NCBI GenBank assembly: GCA_964016885.1
Contig: OZ024741.1
Coordinates: 248,992,001-249,056,000 of the forward strand
Source: Eledone cirrhosa
Taxonomy: Eukaryota
Direction: 5' to 3'
Length of the DNA: 64,000 nt
Shown here: piece by piece, positions 26,201 to 39,549 of the stretch
Numbering within the stretch: the first letter of the stretch is position 1
Layout: the number at the start of each line of letters is the position of its first letter
Made by a program: the position numbers and the translations under genes
The notes under the pieces: model-generated
What the model was told of the DNA's origin: nothing
Seen by the model: the letters and a program-made list of their open reading frames with translations, nothing else
The model's database searches: none

Positions 26201-27189
26201 TTGTAAAAAAAATCAGGGGGAGATAATTTGTAAAAAAATCAGGGGGAGATAATTTGTAAAAAAAATCAGGGGTAGATAATTTCCAGCCGTCCAAGGGGAG
26301 ATAATTTCCATCCTTCCAAGGGGAGATAATTTCCAGCCGTCCAAGGGGAGATAATTTCCCGCCAGCCAAGGAGAGATAATATTTAAAAAAATCAGGCGGA
26401 GATAATTTGTAAAAAAAATCAGGGGGAGATAATTTGTAAAAAAATCAGGGGGAGATAATTTGTAAAAAAAAATCAGGGGGAGATAATTTGTAAAAAAAAT
26501 CAGGGGGAGATAATTTGTAAAAAAAAATCAGGGGTAGATAATTTGTAAAAAAAAATCAGGGGGAGATAATTTATAAAAAAAATCAGGGGGAGATAATTTG
26601 TAAAAAAATCAAGGGGAGATAATTTCCAGCCGTCCAAGGGGAGATAATTTTCAGTCGTCCAAGGAGAGGTAATTTCTAGCCGTCCAAGGGGAGATAATTT
26701 CCAGCCGTCCAAGGGGAGATAATTTTTTTAAAAAAATCAGGCGGAGATAATTTGTAAACAAAAATCAGGGGGAGATAATTTGTAAAAAAAAATCAGGGGG
26801 AGATAATTTGTAAAAAAAAATCAGGGGGAGATAATTTGTAAAAAAAATCAAGGGGAGATAATTTGTAAAAAAAAATCAGGGGTAGATAATTTGTAAAAAA
26901 AAATCAGGGGGAGATAATTTGTAAAAAAAAAATCAGGGGGAGATAATTTGTAAAAAAATCAAGGGGAGATAATTTCCAGCCGTCCAAGGGGAGATAATTT
27001 TCAGCCGTCCAAGGAGAGGTAATTTCTAGCCGTCCAAGGGGAGATAAGTTCCAGCCTGCAAGGGGAGATAATTTCCAGCCAGCCAAGGGGAGATAATTTC
27101 TAAAAAAATCAGGGGTAGATAATTTGTAAAAAAGAATCAGGGGGAGATAATTTGTAAAAAAAATCAGGGGGAGATAATTTGTAAAAAAA

Positions 27190-30100
27190 ATCAGGGGTAG
27201 ATAATTTCCAGCCGTCCAAGGGGAGATAATTTCCATCCTTCCAAGGGGAGATAATTTCCAGCCGTCCAAGGGGAGATAATTTCCCGCCAGCCAAGGAGAG
27301 ATAACATTTAAAAAAATCAGGCGGAGATAATTTGTAAAAAAAAATCAGGGGGAGATAATTTCCAGCCGTCCAAGGGGAGGTAATATCTAGCCATCCAAGG
27401 GGAGATAATTTCCAGCCGTCCAAGGGGAGATAATTTCCAGCCGTCCAAGGGGAGATAATATCCAGCCGTCCAAGGAGACATATTTTCCAGCCGTCCAAGG
27501 AGAGGTAATTTCTAGCCGTCCAAGGGGAGATAAGTTCCAGCCTCCAAGGGGAGATAATTTCCAGCCAGCCAAGGGGAGATAATTTGTAAAAAAATCAGGG
27601 GGAGATAATTTGTAAAAAAAAAATCAGGGGGAGATAATTTGTAAAAAAATCAGGGGGAGATAATTTGTAAAAAAAAAATCAGGGGGAGATAATTTGTAAA
27701 AAAAATCAGGGGGAGATAATTTGTAAAAAAAATCAGGGGTAGATTATTTGTAAAAAAAATCAGGGGGAGATAATTTGTAAAAAAAATCAGGGGGAGATAA
27801 TTTGTAAAAAAATCAGGGGTAGATAATTTTCAGCCGTCCAAGGGGAGATAATTTCCATCCTTCCAAGGGGAGATAATTTCCAGCCGTCCAAGGGGAGATA
27901 ATTTCCCGCCAGCCAAGGAGAGATAACATTTAAAAAAATCATGCGGAGATAATTTGTAAAAAAAATCAGGGGGAGATAATTTGTAAAAAAATCAGGGGGA
28001 GATAATTTGTAAAAAAAAATCAGAGGTAGATAATTTCCAGCCGTCCAAGGGGAGATAATTTCCATCCTTCCAAGGGGAGATAATTTCCAGCCGTCCAAGG
28101 GGATATAATTTCCCGCCAGCCAAGGAGAGATAATATTTAAAAAAATCAGGCGGAGATAATTTGTAAAAAAAATCAGGGGGAGATAATTTGTAAAAAAATC
28201 AGGGGGAGATAATTTGTAAAAAAAAATCAGGGGGAGATAATTTGTAAAAAAAATCAGGGGGAGGTAATTTGTAAAAAAAAATCAGGGGTAGATAATTTGT
28301 AAAAAAAAATTAGGGGGAGATAATTTGTAAAAAAAAAATCAGGGGGAGATAATTTGTAAAAAAATCAAGGGGAGATAATTTCCAGCCGTCCAAGGGGAGA
28401 TAATTTTCAGCCGTCCAAGGAGAGGTAATTTCTAGCCGTCCAAGGGGAGATAATTTCCAGCCGTCCAAGGGGAGATAATTTTTTTAAAAAAATCAGGCGG
28501 AGATAATTTGTAAACAAAAATCAGGGGGAGATAATTTGTAAAAAAAAATCAGGGGGAGATAATTTGTAAAAAAAAATCAGGGGGAGATAATTTGTAAAAA
28601 AAATCAAGGGGAGATAATTTGTAAAAAAAAATCAGGGGTAGATAATTTGTAAAAAAAAATCAGGGGGAGATAATTTGTAAAAAAAAAATCAGGGGGAGAT
28701 AATTTGTAAAAAAATCAAGGGGAGATAATTTCCAGCCGTCCAAGGGGAGATAATTTTCAGCCGTCCAAGGAGAGGTAATTTCTAGCCGTCCAAGGGGAGA
28801 TAATTTCCAGCCAGCCAAGGGGAGATAATTTGTAAAAAATCAGGGGTAGATAATTTATAAAAAAAAATCAGGGGGAGATAATTTGTAAAAAAAAATCAGG
28901 GGGAGGTAATTTGTAAAAGAAATCAAGGGGAGATAATTTCCAGCCGTCCAAGGGGAGATAATTTTCAGCCGTCCAAGGAGAGGTAATTTCTAGCCGTCCA
29001 AGGGGAGATAAGTTCCAGCCTCCAAGGGGAGATAATTTCCAGCCAGCCAAGGGGAGATAATTTGTAAAAAAATCAGGGGTAGATAATTTGTAAAAAAAAA
29101 TCAGGGGGAGATAATTTGTAAAAAAAATCAGGGGGAGATAATTTGTAAAAAAAATCAGGGGTAGATAATTTCCAGCCGTCCAAGGGGAGATAATTTCCAT
29201 CCTTCCAAGGGGAGATAATTTCCAGCCGTCCAAGGGGAGATAATTTCCCGCCAGCCAAGGAGAGATAACATTTAAAAAAATCAGGCGGAGATAATTTGTA
29301 AAAAAAATCAGGGGGAGATAATTTGTAAAAAAATCAGGGGGAGATAATTTGTAAAAAAATCAGGGGTAGATAATTTCCAGCCGTCCAAGGGGAGATAATT
29401 TCCATCCTTCCAAGGGGAGATAATTTCCAGCCGTCCAAAGGGAGATAATTTCCCGCCAGCCAAGGAGAGATAATATTTAAAAAAATCAGGCGGAGATAAT
29501 TTGTAAAAAAAATCAGGGGGAGATAATTTGTAAAAAAATCAGGGGGAGATAATTTGTAAAAAAAAATCAGGGGAGATAATTTGTAAAAAAAATCAGGGGG
29601 AGATAATTTGTAAAAAAAAATCAGGGGTAGATAATTTGTAAAAAAAAATCAGGGGGAGATAATTTGTAAAAAAAAAATCAGGGGGAGATAATTTGTAAAA
29701 AAATCAAGGGGAGATAATTTCCAGCCGTCCAAGGGGAGATAATTTTCAGCCGTCCAAGGAGGTAATTTCTAGCCGTCCAAGGGGAGATAATTTCCAGCCG
29801 TCCAAGGGGAGATAATTTTTTTAAAAAAATCAGGCGGAGATAATTTGTAAACAAAAATCAGGGGGAGATAATTTGTAAAAAAAATCAGGGGGAGATAATT
29901 TGTAAAAAAAAATCAGGGGGAGATAATTTGTAAAAAAAATCAAGGGGAGATAATTTCCAGCCGTCCAAGGGGAGGTAATATCTAGCCATCCAAGGGGAGA
30001 TAATTTCCAGCCGTCCAAGGGGAGATAATTTCCAGCCGTCCAAGGGGAGATAATATCCAGCCGTCCAAGGAGACATATTTTCCAGCCGTCCAAGGAGAGG

Positions 30101-32320
30101 TAATTTCTAGCCGTCCAAGGGGAGATAAGTTCCAGCCTCCAAGGGGAGATAATTTCCAGCCAGCCAAGGGGAGATAATTTGTAAAAAAATCAGGGGGAGA
30201 TAATTTGTAAAAAAAAAATCAGGGGGAGATAATTTGTAAAAAAATCAGGGGGAGATAATTTGTAAAAAAAAAATCAGGGGGAGATAATTTGTAAAAAAAA
30301 TCAGGGGGAGATAATTTGTAGAAAAAATCAGGGGTAGATAATTTGTAAAAAAAATCAGGGGGAGATAATTTGTAAAAAAAATCAGGGGGAGATAATTTGT
30401 AAAAAAAATCAGGGGTAGATAATTTTCAGCCGTCCAAGGGGAGATAATTTCCATCCTTCCAAGGGGAGATAATTTCCAGCCGTCCAAGGGGAGATAATTT
30501 CCCGCCAGCCAAGGAGAGATAACATTTTAAAAAATCAGGCGGAGATAATTTGTAAAAAAAATCAGGGGGAGATAATTTGTAAAAAAATCAGGGGGAGATA
30601 ATTTGTAAAAAAAATCAGGGGTAGATAATTTCCAGCCGTCCAAGGGGAGATAATTTCCATCCTTCCAAGGGGAGATAATTTCCAGCCGTCCAAGGGGAGA
30701 TAATTTCCCGCCAGCCAAGGAGAGATAACATTTAAAAAAATCAGGCGGAGATAATTTGTAAAAAAAAATCAGGGGGAGATAATTTCCAGCCGTCCAAGGG
30801 GAGGTAATATCTAGCCATCCAAGGGGAGATAATTTCCAGCCGTCCAAGGGGAGATAATTTCCAGCCGTCCAAGGGGAGATAATATCCAGCCGTCCAAGGA
30901 GACATATTTTCCAGCCGTCCAAGGAGAGGTAATTTCTAGCCGTCCAAGGGGAGATAAGTTCCAGCCTCCAAGGGGAGATAATTTCCAGCCAGCCAAGGGG
31001 AGATAATTTGTAAAAAAAAATCAGGGGGAGATAATTTGTAAAAAAATCAGGGGGAGATAATTTGTAAAAAAAAAATCAGGGGGAGATAATTTGTAAAAAA
31101 AATCAGGGGTAGAAAATTTGTAAAAAAAATCAGGGGGAGATAATTTGTAAAAAAAATCAGGGGGAGATAATTTGTAAAAAAATCAGGGGTAGATAATTTT
31201 CAGCCGTCCAAGGGGAGATAATTTCCATCCTTCCAAGGGGAGATAATTTCCAGCCGTCCAAGGGGAGATAATTTCCCGCCAGCCAAGGAGAGATAACATT
31301 TAAAAAAATCAGGCGGAGATAATTTGTAAAAAAAATCAGGGGGAGATAATTTGTAAAAAAATCAGGGGGAGATAATTTGTAAAAAAAATCAGAGGTAGAT
31401 AATTTCCAGCCGTCCAAGGGGAGATAATTTCCATCCTTCCAAGGGGAGATAATTTCCAGCCGTCCAAGGGGATATAATTTCCCGCCAGCCAAGGAGAGAT
31501 AATATTTAAAAAAATCAGGCGGAGATAATTTGTAAAAAAAATCAGGGGGAGATAATTTGTAAAAAAATCAGGGGGAGATAATTTGTAAAAAAAAATCAGG
31601 GGGAGATAATTTGTAAAAAAAATCAGGGGGAGATAATTTGTAAAAAAAAATCAGGGGTAGATAATTTGTAAAAAAAATTAGGGGGAGATAATTTGTAAAA
31701 AAAAAATCAGGGGGAGATAATTTGTAAAAAAATCAAGGGGAGATAATTTCCAGCCGTCCAAGGGGAGATAATTTTCAGCCGTCCAAGGAGAGGTAATTTC
31801 TAGCCGTCCAAGGGGAGATAATTTCCAGCCGTCCAAGGGGAGATAATTTTTTTAAAAAAATCAGGCGGAGATAATTTGTAAACAAAAATCAGGGGGAGAT
31901 AATTTGTAAAAAAAAATCAGGGGGAGATAATTTGTAAAAAAAAATCAGGGGGAGATAATTTGTAAAAAAAATCAAGGGGAGATAATTTGTAAAAAAAAAT
32001 CAGGGGTAGATAATTTGTAAAAAAAATCAGGGGGAGATAATTTGTAAAAAAAAAATCAGGGGGAGATAATTTGTAACAAAATCAAGGGGAGATAATTTCC
32101 AGCCGTCCAAGGGGAGATAATTTTCAGCCGTCCAAGGAGAGGTAATTTCTAGCCGTCCAAGGGGAGATAATTTCCAGCCAGCCAAGGGGAGATAATTTGT
32201 AAAAAAATCAGGGGTAGATAATTTATAAAAAAAAATCAGGGGGAGATAATTTGTAAAAAAAAATCAGGGGGAGGTAATTTGTAAAAAAAATCAAGGGGAG
32301 ATAATTTCCAGCCGTCCAAG
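27190..32320 (+). repeat. Spaced duplication of ~1.7 kb (about 27190-28950 and 30615-32320)
   Basis: Offsets are about 3424 then about 3369. Shared markers: CAGAGGTAG (28021/31390), GGATATAATTTCCCG (28101/31470), ATTTATAAA (28853/32221), GAGGTAATTTGT (28903/32271). Confidence 0.8.
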
Positions 32321-35300
32321 GGGAGATAATTTCCCGCCAGCCAAGGAGAGATAATATTTAAAAAAATCAGGCGGAGATAATTTGTAAAAAAAATCAGGGG
32401 GAGATAATTTGTAAAAAAATCAGGGGGAGATAATTTGTAAAAAAAAATCAGGGGGAGATAATTTGTAAAAAAAATCAGGGGGAGATAATTTGTAAAAAAA
32501 AATCAGGGGTAGATAATTTGTAAAAAAAAATCAGGGGGAGATAATTTGTAAAAAAATCAAGGGGAGATAATTTCCAGCCGTCCAAGGGGAGATAATTTTC
32601 AGCCGTCCAAGGAGAGGTAATTTCTAGCCGTCCAAGGGGAGATAATTTCCAGCCGTCCAAGGGGAGATAATTTTTTTAAAAAAATCAGGCGGAGATAATT
32701 TGTAAACAAAAATCAGGGGGAGAGAATTTGTAAAAAAAAATCAGGGGGAGATAATTTGTAAAAAAAAATCAGGGGGAGATAATTTGTAAAAAAAATCAAG
32801 GGGAGATAATTTCCAGCCGTCCAAGGGGAGGTAATATCTAGCCATCCAAGGGGAGATAATTTCCAGCCGTCCAAGGGGAGATAATTTCCAGCCGTCCAAG
32901 GGGAGATAATATCCAGCCGTCCAAGGAGACATATTTTCCAGCCGTCCAAGGAAACGTAATTTCTAGCCGTCCAAGGGGAGATAAGTTCCAGCCTCCAAGG
33001 GGAGATAATTTCCAGCCAGCCAAAGGGAGATAATTTGTAAAAAAATTAGGGGGAGATAATTTGTAAAAAAAAATTAGAGGAAGATAATTTGTAAAAAAAA
33101 ATCAGGGGGAGATAATTTGTAAAAAAAAATCAGGGGGAGATAATTTGTAAAAAAAATCAAGGGGAGATAATTTCCAGCCGTCCAAGGGGAGATAATTTTC
33201 AGCCGTCCAAGGAGAGGTAAATTGTAGCCGTCCAAGGAGATATAATTTCCAGCCGTCCAAGGGGAGATAATTTCCAGCCGTCCAAGGGGAGATAATTTTT
33301 AAAAAAAAATCAGGCGGAGATAATTTGTAAACAAAAATCAGGGGGAGATAATTTTAAAAAAAAATCAGGGGGAGATAATTTGTAAAAAAAAATCAGGGGG
33401 AGATAATTTGTAAAAAAAATCAAGGGGAGATAATTTCCAGCCGTCCAAGGGGAGATAATATCCAGCCGTCCAAGGAGACATATTTTCCAGCCGTCCAAGG
33501 AGAGGTAATTTCTAGCCGTCCAAGGGGAGATAAGTTCCAGCCTCCAAGGGGAGATAATTTCCAGCCAGCCAAGGGGAGATAATTTGTAAAAAAATCAGGG
33601 GGGAGATAATTTGTAAAAAAAATCAGGGGGAGATAATTTGAAAAAAAAATCAGGGGGAGATAATTTGTAAAAAATATCAAGGGGAGATAATTTCCAGCCC
33701 TCAAAGGGGCTATAATTTCCAGCCGTGCAAGGGGAGATAATTTCCAGCCGTCCAAGGGGAGATAATTTCCATCCTTCCAAGGGGAGATAATTTCCAGCCG
33801 TCCAAGGGGAGATAATTTCCCGCCAGCCAAGGGAAGATAATTTTTTAAAAAATCAGGCGGAGATTGTAAAAAAAATCAGGGGGAGATAATTTGTAAAAAA
33901 ATCAGGGGGAGATAATTTGTAAAAAAAAAATCAGGGGGAGATAATTTGTAAAAAAAAATCAGGGGGAGATAATTTGTAAAAAAAATCAGGGGTGATAATT
34001 TGTAAAAAAAATCAGTGGTAGATAATTTGTAAAAAAAATCAGGGGGAGATAATTTGTAAAAAAAATCAGGGGGAGATAATTTGTAAAAAAAATCAGGGGT
34101 AGATAATTTTCAGCCGTCCAAGGGGAGATAATTTCCATCCTTCCAAGGGGAGATAATTTCCAGCCGTCCAAGGGGAGATAATTTCCCGCCAGCCAAGGAG
34201 AGATAACATTTAAAAAAATCAGGCGGAGATAATTTGTAAAAAAATCAGGGGGAGATAATTTGTAAAAAAAATCAGGGGTAGATAATTTTCAGCCGTCCAA
34301 GGGGAGAAAATTTCCATCCTTCCAAGGGGAGATAATTTCCAGCCGTCCAAGGGGAGATAATTTCCCGCCAGCCAAGGAGAGATAACATTTAAAAAAATCA
34401 GGGGGAGATAATTTGTAAAAAAAAATCAGGGGGAGATAATTCGTAAAAAAAAATCAGGGGGAGATCATTTGTAAAAAAAATCAGGGGGAGATAATTTGTA
34501 AAAAAAAAATCAGGGGGAGATAATTTGTAAAAAAATCAAGGGGAGATAATTTCCAGCCGTCCAAGGGGAGATAATTTTCAGCCGTCCAAGGAGAGGTAAT
34601 TTCTAGCCGTCCAAGGGGAGATAATTTCCAGCCGTCCAAGGGGAGATAATTTTTTTAAAAAAATCAGGCGGAGATAATTTGTAAACAAAAATCAGGGGGA
34701 GATAATTTGTAAAAAAAAATCAGGGGGAGATAATTTGTAAAAAAAAATCAGGGGGAGATAATTTGTAAAAAAAATCAAGGGGAGATAATTTGTAAAAAAA
34801 AATCAGGGGTAGATAATTTGTAAAAAAAAATCAGGGGGAGATAATTTGTAAAAAAAAAATCAGGGGGAGATAATTTGTAAAAAAATCAAGGGGAGATAAT
34901 TTCCATCCGTCCAAGGGTAGATAATTTTCAGCCGTCCAAGGAGAGGTAATTTCTAGCCGTCCAAGGGGAGATAATTTCCAGCCAGCCAAGGGGAGATAAT
35001 TTGTAAAAAAATCAGGGGTAGATAATTTGTAAAAAAAAATCAGGGGGAGATAATTTGTGAAAAAAATCAGGGGGAGATAATTTGTAAAAAAAATCAGGGG
35101 TAGATAATTTCCAGCCGTCCAAGGGGAGATAATTTCCATCCTTCCAAGGGGAGATAATTTCCAGCCGTCCAAGGGGAGATAATTTCCCGCCAGCCAAGGA
35201 GAGATAACATTTAAAAAAATCAGGCGGAGATAATTTGTAAAAAAAATCAGGGGGAGATAATTTGTAAAAAAATCAGGGGGAGATAATTTGTAAAAAAAAT

Positions 35301-37039
35301 CAGGGGTAGATAATTTCCAGCCGTCCAAGGGGAGATAATTTCCATCCTTCCAAGGGGAGATAATTTCCAGCCGTCCAAGGGGAGATAATTTCCCGCCAGC
35401 CAAGGAGAGATAATATTTAAAAAAATCAGGCGGAGATAATTTGTAAAAAAAATCAGGGAGAGATAATTTGTAAAAAAATCAGGGGGAGATAATTTGTAAA
35501 AAAAAATCAGGGGAGATAATTTGTAAAAAAAATCAGGGGGAGATAATTTGTAAAAAAATATCAGGGGTAGATAATTTGTAAAAAAAAATCAGGGGGAGAT
35601 AATTTGTAAAAAAAAAATCAGGGGGAGATAATTTGTAAAAAAATCAAGGGGAGATAATTTCCAGCCGTCCAAGGGGAGATAATTTTCAGCCGTCCAAGGA
35701 GGTAATTTCTAGCCGTCCAAGGGGAGATAATTTCCAGCCGTCCAAGGGGAGATAATATCCAGCCATCCAAGGGGAGATAATATCCAGCCGTCCAAGGAGA
35801 CATATTTTCCAGCCGTCCAAGGAGAGGTAATTTCTAGCCGTCCAAGGGGAGATAAGTTCCAGCCTCCAAGGGGAGAAAATTTCCAGCCAGCCAAGGGGAG
35901 ATAATTTGTAAAAAAATCAGGGGGAGATAATTTGTAAAAAAAATCAAGGGGAGATAATTTCCAGCCGTCCAAGGGGAGGTAATATCTAGCCATCCAAGGG
36001 GAGATAATTTCCAGCCGTCCAAGGGGAGATAATTTCCAGCCGTCCAAGGGGAGATAATATCCAGCCGTCCAAGGAGACATATTTTCCAGCCGTCCAAGGA
36101 GAGGTAATTTCTAGCCGTCCAAGGGGAGATAAGTTCCAGCCTCCAAGGGTAGAAAATTTCCAGCCAGCCAAGGGGAGATAATTTGTAAAAAAATCAGGGG
36201 GAGATAATTTGTAAAAAAAAAATCAGGGGGAGATAATTTGTAAAAAAATCAGGGGGAGATAATTTGTAAAAAATAAATCAGGGGGAGATAATTTGTAAAA
36301 AAAATCAGGGGGAGATAATTTGTAGAAAAAATCAGGGGTAGATAATTTGTAAAAAAAATCAGGGTGAGATAATTTGTAAAAAAAATCAGGGGGAGATAAT
36401 TTGTAAAAAAAATCAGGGGTAGATAATTTTCAGCCGTCCAAGGGGAGATAATTTCCATCCTTCCAAGGGGAGATAATTTCCAGCCGTCCAAGGGGAGATA
36501 ATTTCCCGCCAGCCAAGGAGAGATAACATTTAAAAAAATCAGGCGGAGATAATTTGTAAAAAAAATCAGGGGGAGATAATTTGTAAAAAAATCAGGGGGA
36601 GATAATTTGTAAAAAAAATCAGGGGTAGATAATTTCCAGCCGTCCAAGGGGAGATAATTTCCATCCTTCCAAGGGGAGATAATTTCCAGCCGTCCAAGGG
36701 GAGATAATTTCCCGCCAGCCAAGGAGAGATAATATTTAAAAAAATCAGGCGGAGATAATTTGTAAAAAAAATCAGGGGGAGATAATTTGTAAAAAAATCA
36801 GGGGGAGATAATTTGTAAAAAAAAATCAGGGGGAGATAATTTGTAAAAAAAATCAGGGGTAGATAATTTGTAAAAAAAAATCAGGGGGAGATAATTTGTA
36901 AAAAAAATCAGGGGGAGATAATTTGTAAAAAAAATCAGGGGTAGATAATTTCCAGCCGTCCAAGGGGAGATAATTTCCATCCTTCCAAGGGGAGATAATT
37001 TCCAGCCGTCCAAGGGGAGATAATTTCCCGCCAGCCAAG

Positions 37040-38960
37040 GAGAGATAATATTTAAAAAAATCAGGCGGAGATAATTTGTAAAAAAAATCAGGGGGAGATA
37101 ATTTGTAAAAAAAAAATCAGGGCGAGATAATTTGTAAAAAAAAATCAGGGGGAGATAATTTGTAAAAAAAATCAGGGGTAGATAATTTGTAAAAAAAATC
37201 AGGGGGAGATAATTTGTAAAAAAAATCAGGGGGAGATAATTTGTAAAAAAAATCAAGGGGAGATAATTTGCAGCCGTCCAAGGGGAGATAATTTTCAGCC
37301 GTCCAAGGAGAGATAATTTCTAGCCGTTCAAGGGGAGATAATTTCCAGCCGTCCAAGGGGAGATAATTTCCAGCCGTCCAAGGGGAGATAATTTTTAAAG
37401 AAAAATCAGACGGAGATAATTTGTAAAAAAAAAATCAGGGGGAGATAATTTGTAAAAAAAAATCAGGGGGAGATAATTTGTAAAAAAAGATCAGGGGTAG
37501 ATAATTTGTAAAAAAAATCAAGGGGAGATAATTTCCAGCCGTCCAAGGGAAGATAATTTCCAGCCCTCCAAGGGGCTATAATTTCCAGCGTCCAAGGGGA
37601 GATAATTTCCAGCCAGCGAAGAGGAGATAATTTTTTTTTAAAAATCATTGGGAGATTTGTAAAAAAAATCAGGGGGAGATAATTTGTAAAAAAAATCAGG
37701 GGTAGATAATTTGTAAAAAAAAATCAGGGGGAGATAATTTGTAAAAAAAAAATCAGTGGGAGATAATTTGTAAAAAATTCAAGGGGAGATAATTTCCAGC
37801 CGTCCAAGGGGAGATAATTTTAAAAAAAAAATCAGGCGGAGATAATTTGTAAACAAAAATCAGGGGGAGATAATTTGTAAAAAAAAATCAGGGGGAGATA
37901 ATTTGTAAAAAAAAATCAGGGGGATATAATTTGTAAAAAAAATCAAGGGGAGATAATTTCCAGCCGTCCAAGGGGAGGTAATATCTAGCCATCCAAGGGG
38001 AGATAATTTCCAGCCGTCCAAGGGGAGATAATTTCCAGCCGTCCAAGGGGAGATAATTTTCAGCCGTCCAAGGAGAGGTAAATTCTAGCCGTCCAAGGAG
38101 AGATAATTTCCAGCCGTCCAAGGTGAGATAATTTCCAGCCGTCCAAGGGGAGATAATTTTTTAAAAAAAATCAGGCGCAGATAAGTTGTAAAAAAAAATC
38201 AGTGGGAGATAATTTGTAAAAAAAAATCAGGGGGAGATAATTTGTAAAAAAAATCAAGGGGAGATAATTTCCAGCCGTCCAAGGGAAGATAATTTCCAGC
38301 CCTCCAAGGGGCTATAATTTCCAGCGTCCAAGGGGAGATAATTTCCAGCCAGGGAAGGGGAGATAATTTTTTTTTAAAAATCACTGGGAGATTTGTAAAA
38401 AAAATCAGGGGGAGATAATTTGTAAAAAACTCAAGGGGTGATAATTTCCAGCCGTCCAAAGAGAGATAATTTCTAGCCGTCCAAGGGGAGATAATTTCCA
38501 GCCAAGGGGAGATAATTTCCAGCCTTCCAAGGGGAGATAATTTTTAAAAAAATCAGGTGGAGATAATTTGTAAAAAAAATCAGTGGAAGATAATTTGTAA
38601 AAAGAAAATCAAGGGCAGATAATTTCCAGCCGTCCAAGGGGAGATAATTTCCCGCCAGCCAAGGGAAGATAATATTTAAAAAAATCAGGCGGAGATAATT
38701 TGTAAAAAAAATCAGGGGGAGATAATTTGTAAAAAAATCAGGGGGAGATAATTTGTAAAAAAAAATCAGGGGGAAATAATTTGTAAAAAAAATCAGGGGG
38801 AGATAATTTGTAAAAAAAAATCAGGGGGAGATAATTTGTAAAAAAAATCAAGGGGAGATAATTTCCAGCCGTCCAAGGGGAGGTAATTTTCAACCGTCCA
38901 AGGGGAGATAATTTCCCGCCAGCCAAGGGAAGATAATATTTAAAAAAATCAGGCGGAGAT
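37040..38960 (+). repeat. Variant-dense landmark block, copy 3 (structurally distinct)
   Basis: Same markers, plus 182 bp at 38192-38373 that is absent from the other copies, and a fused and shortened middle section near 38040. Confidence 0.88.
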
Positions 38961-39549
38961 AATTTGTAAAAAAAATCAGGGGGAGATAATTTGTAAAAAA
39001 ATCAGGGGGAGATAATTTGTAAAAAAAAAATCAGGGGGAGATAATTTGTAAAAAAAATCAGGGGGAGATAATTTGTAAAAAAAATCAGGGGTAGATAATT
39101 TGTAAAAAAAAATCAGGGGGAGATAATTTGTAAAAAAAATCAGGGGGAGATAATTTGTAAAAAAATCAGGGGTAGATAATTTCCAGCCGTCCAAGGGGAG
39201 ATAATTTCCATCCTTCCAAGGGGAGATAATTTCCAGCCGTCCAAGGGGAGATAATTTCCCGCCAGCCAAGGAGAGATAATATTTAAAAAAATCAGGGGTA
39301 GATAATTTGTAAAAAAAAATCAGGGGGTGATAATTTGTAAAAAAAAAATCAGGGGGAGATAATTTGTAAAAAAATCAAGGGGAGATAATTTCCAGCCGTC
39401 CAAGGGGAGATAATTTTCAGCCGTCCAAGGAGAGGTAATTTCTAGCCGTCCAAGGGGAGATAATTTCCAGCCGTCCAAGGGGAGATAATTTTTAAAAAAA
39501 AATAGGCGGAGATAATTTGTAAACAAAAATCAGGGGGAGATAATTTGTA

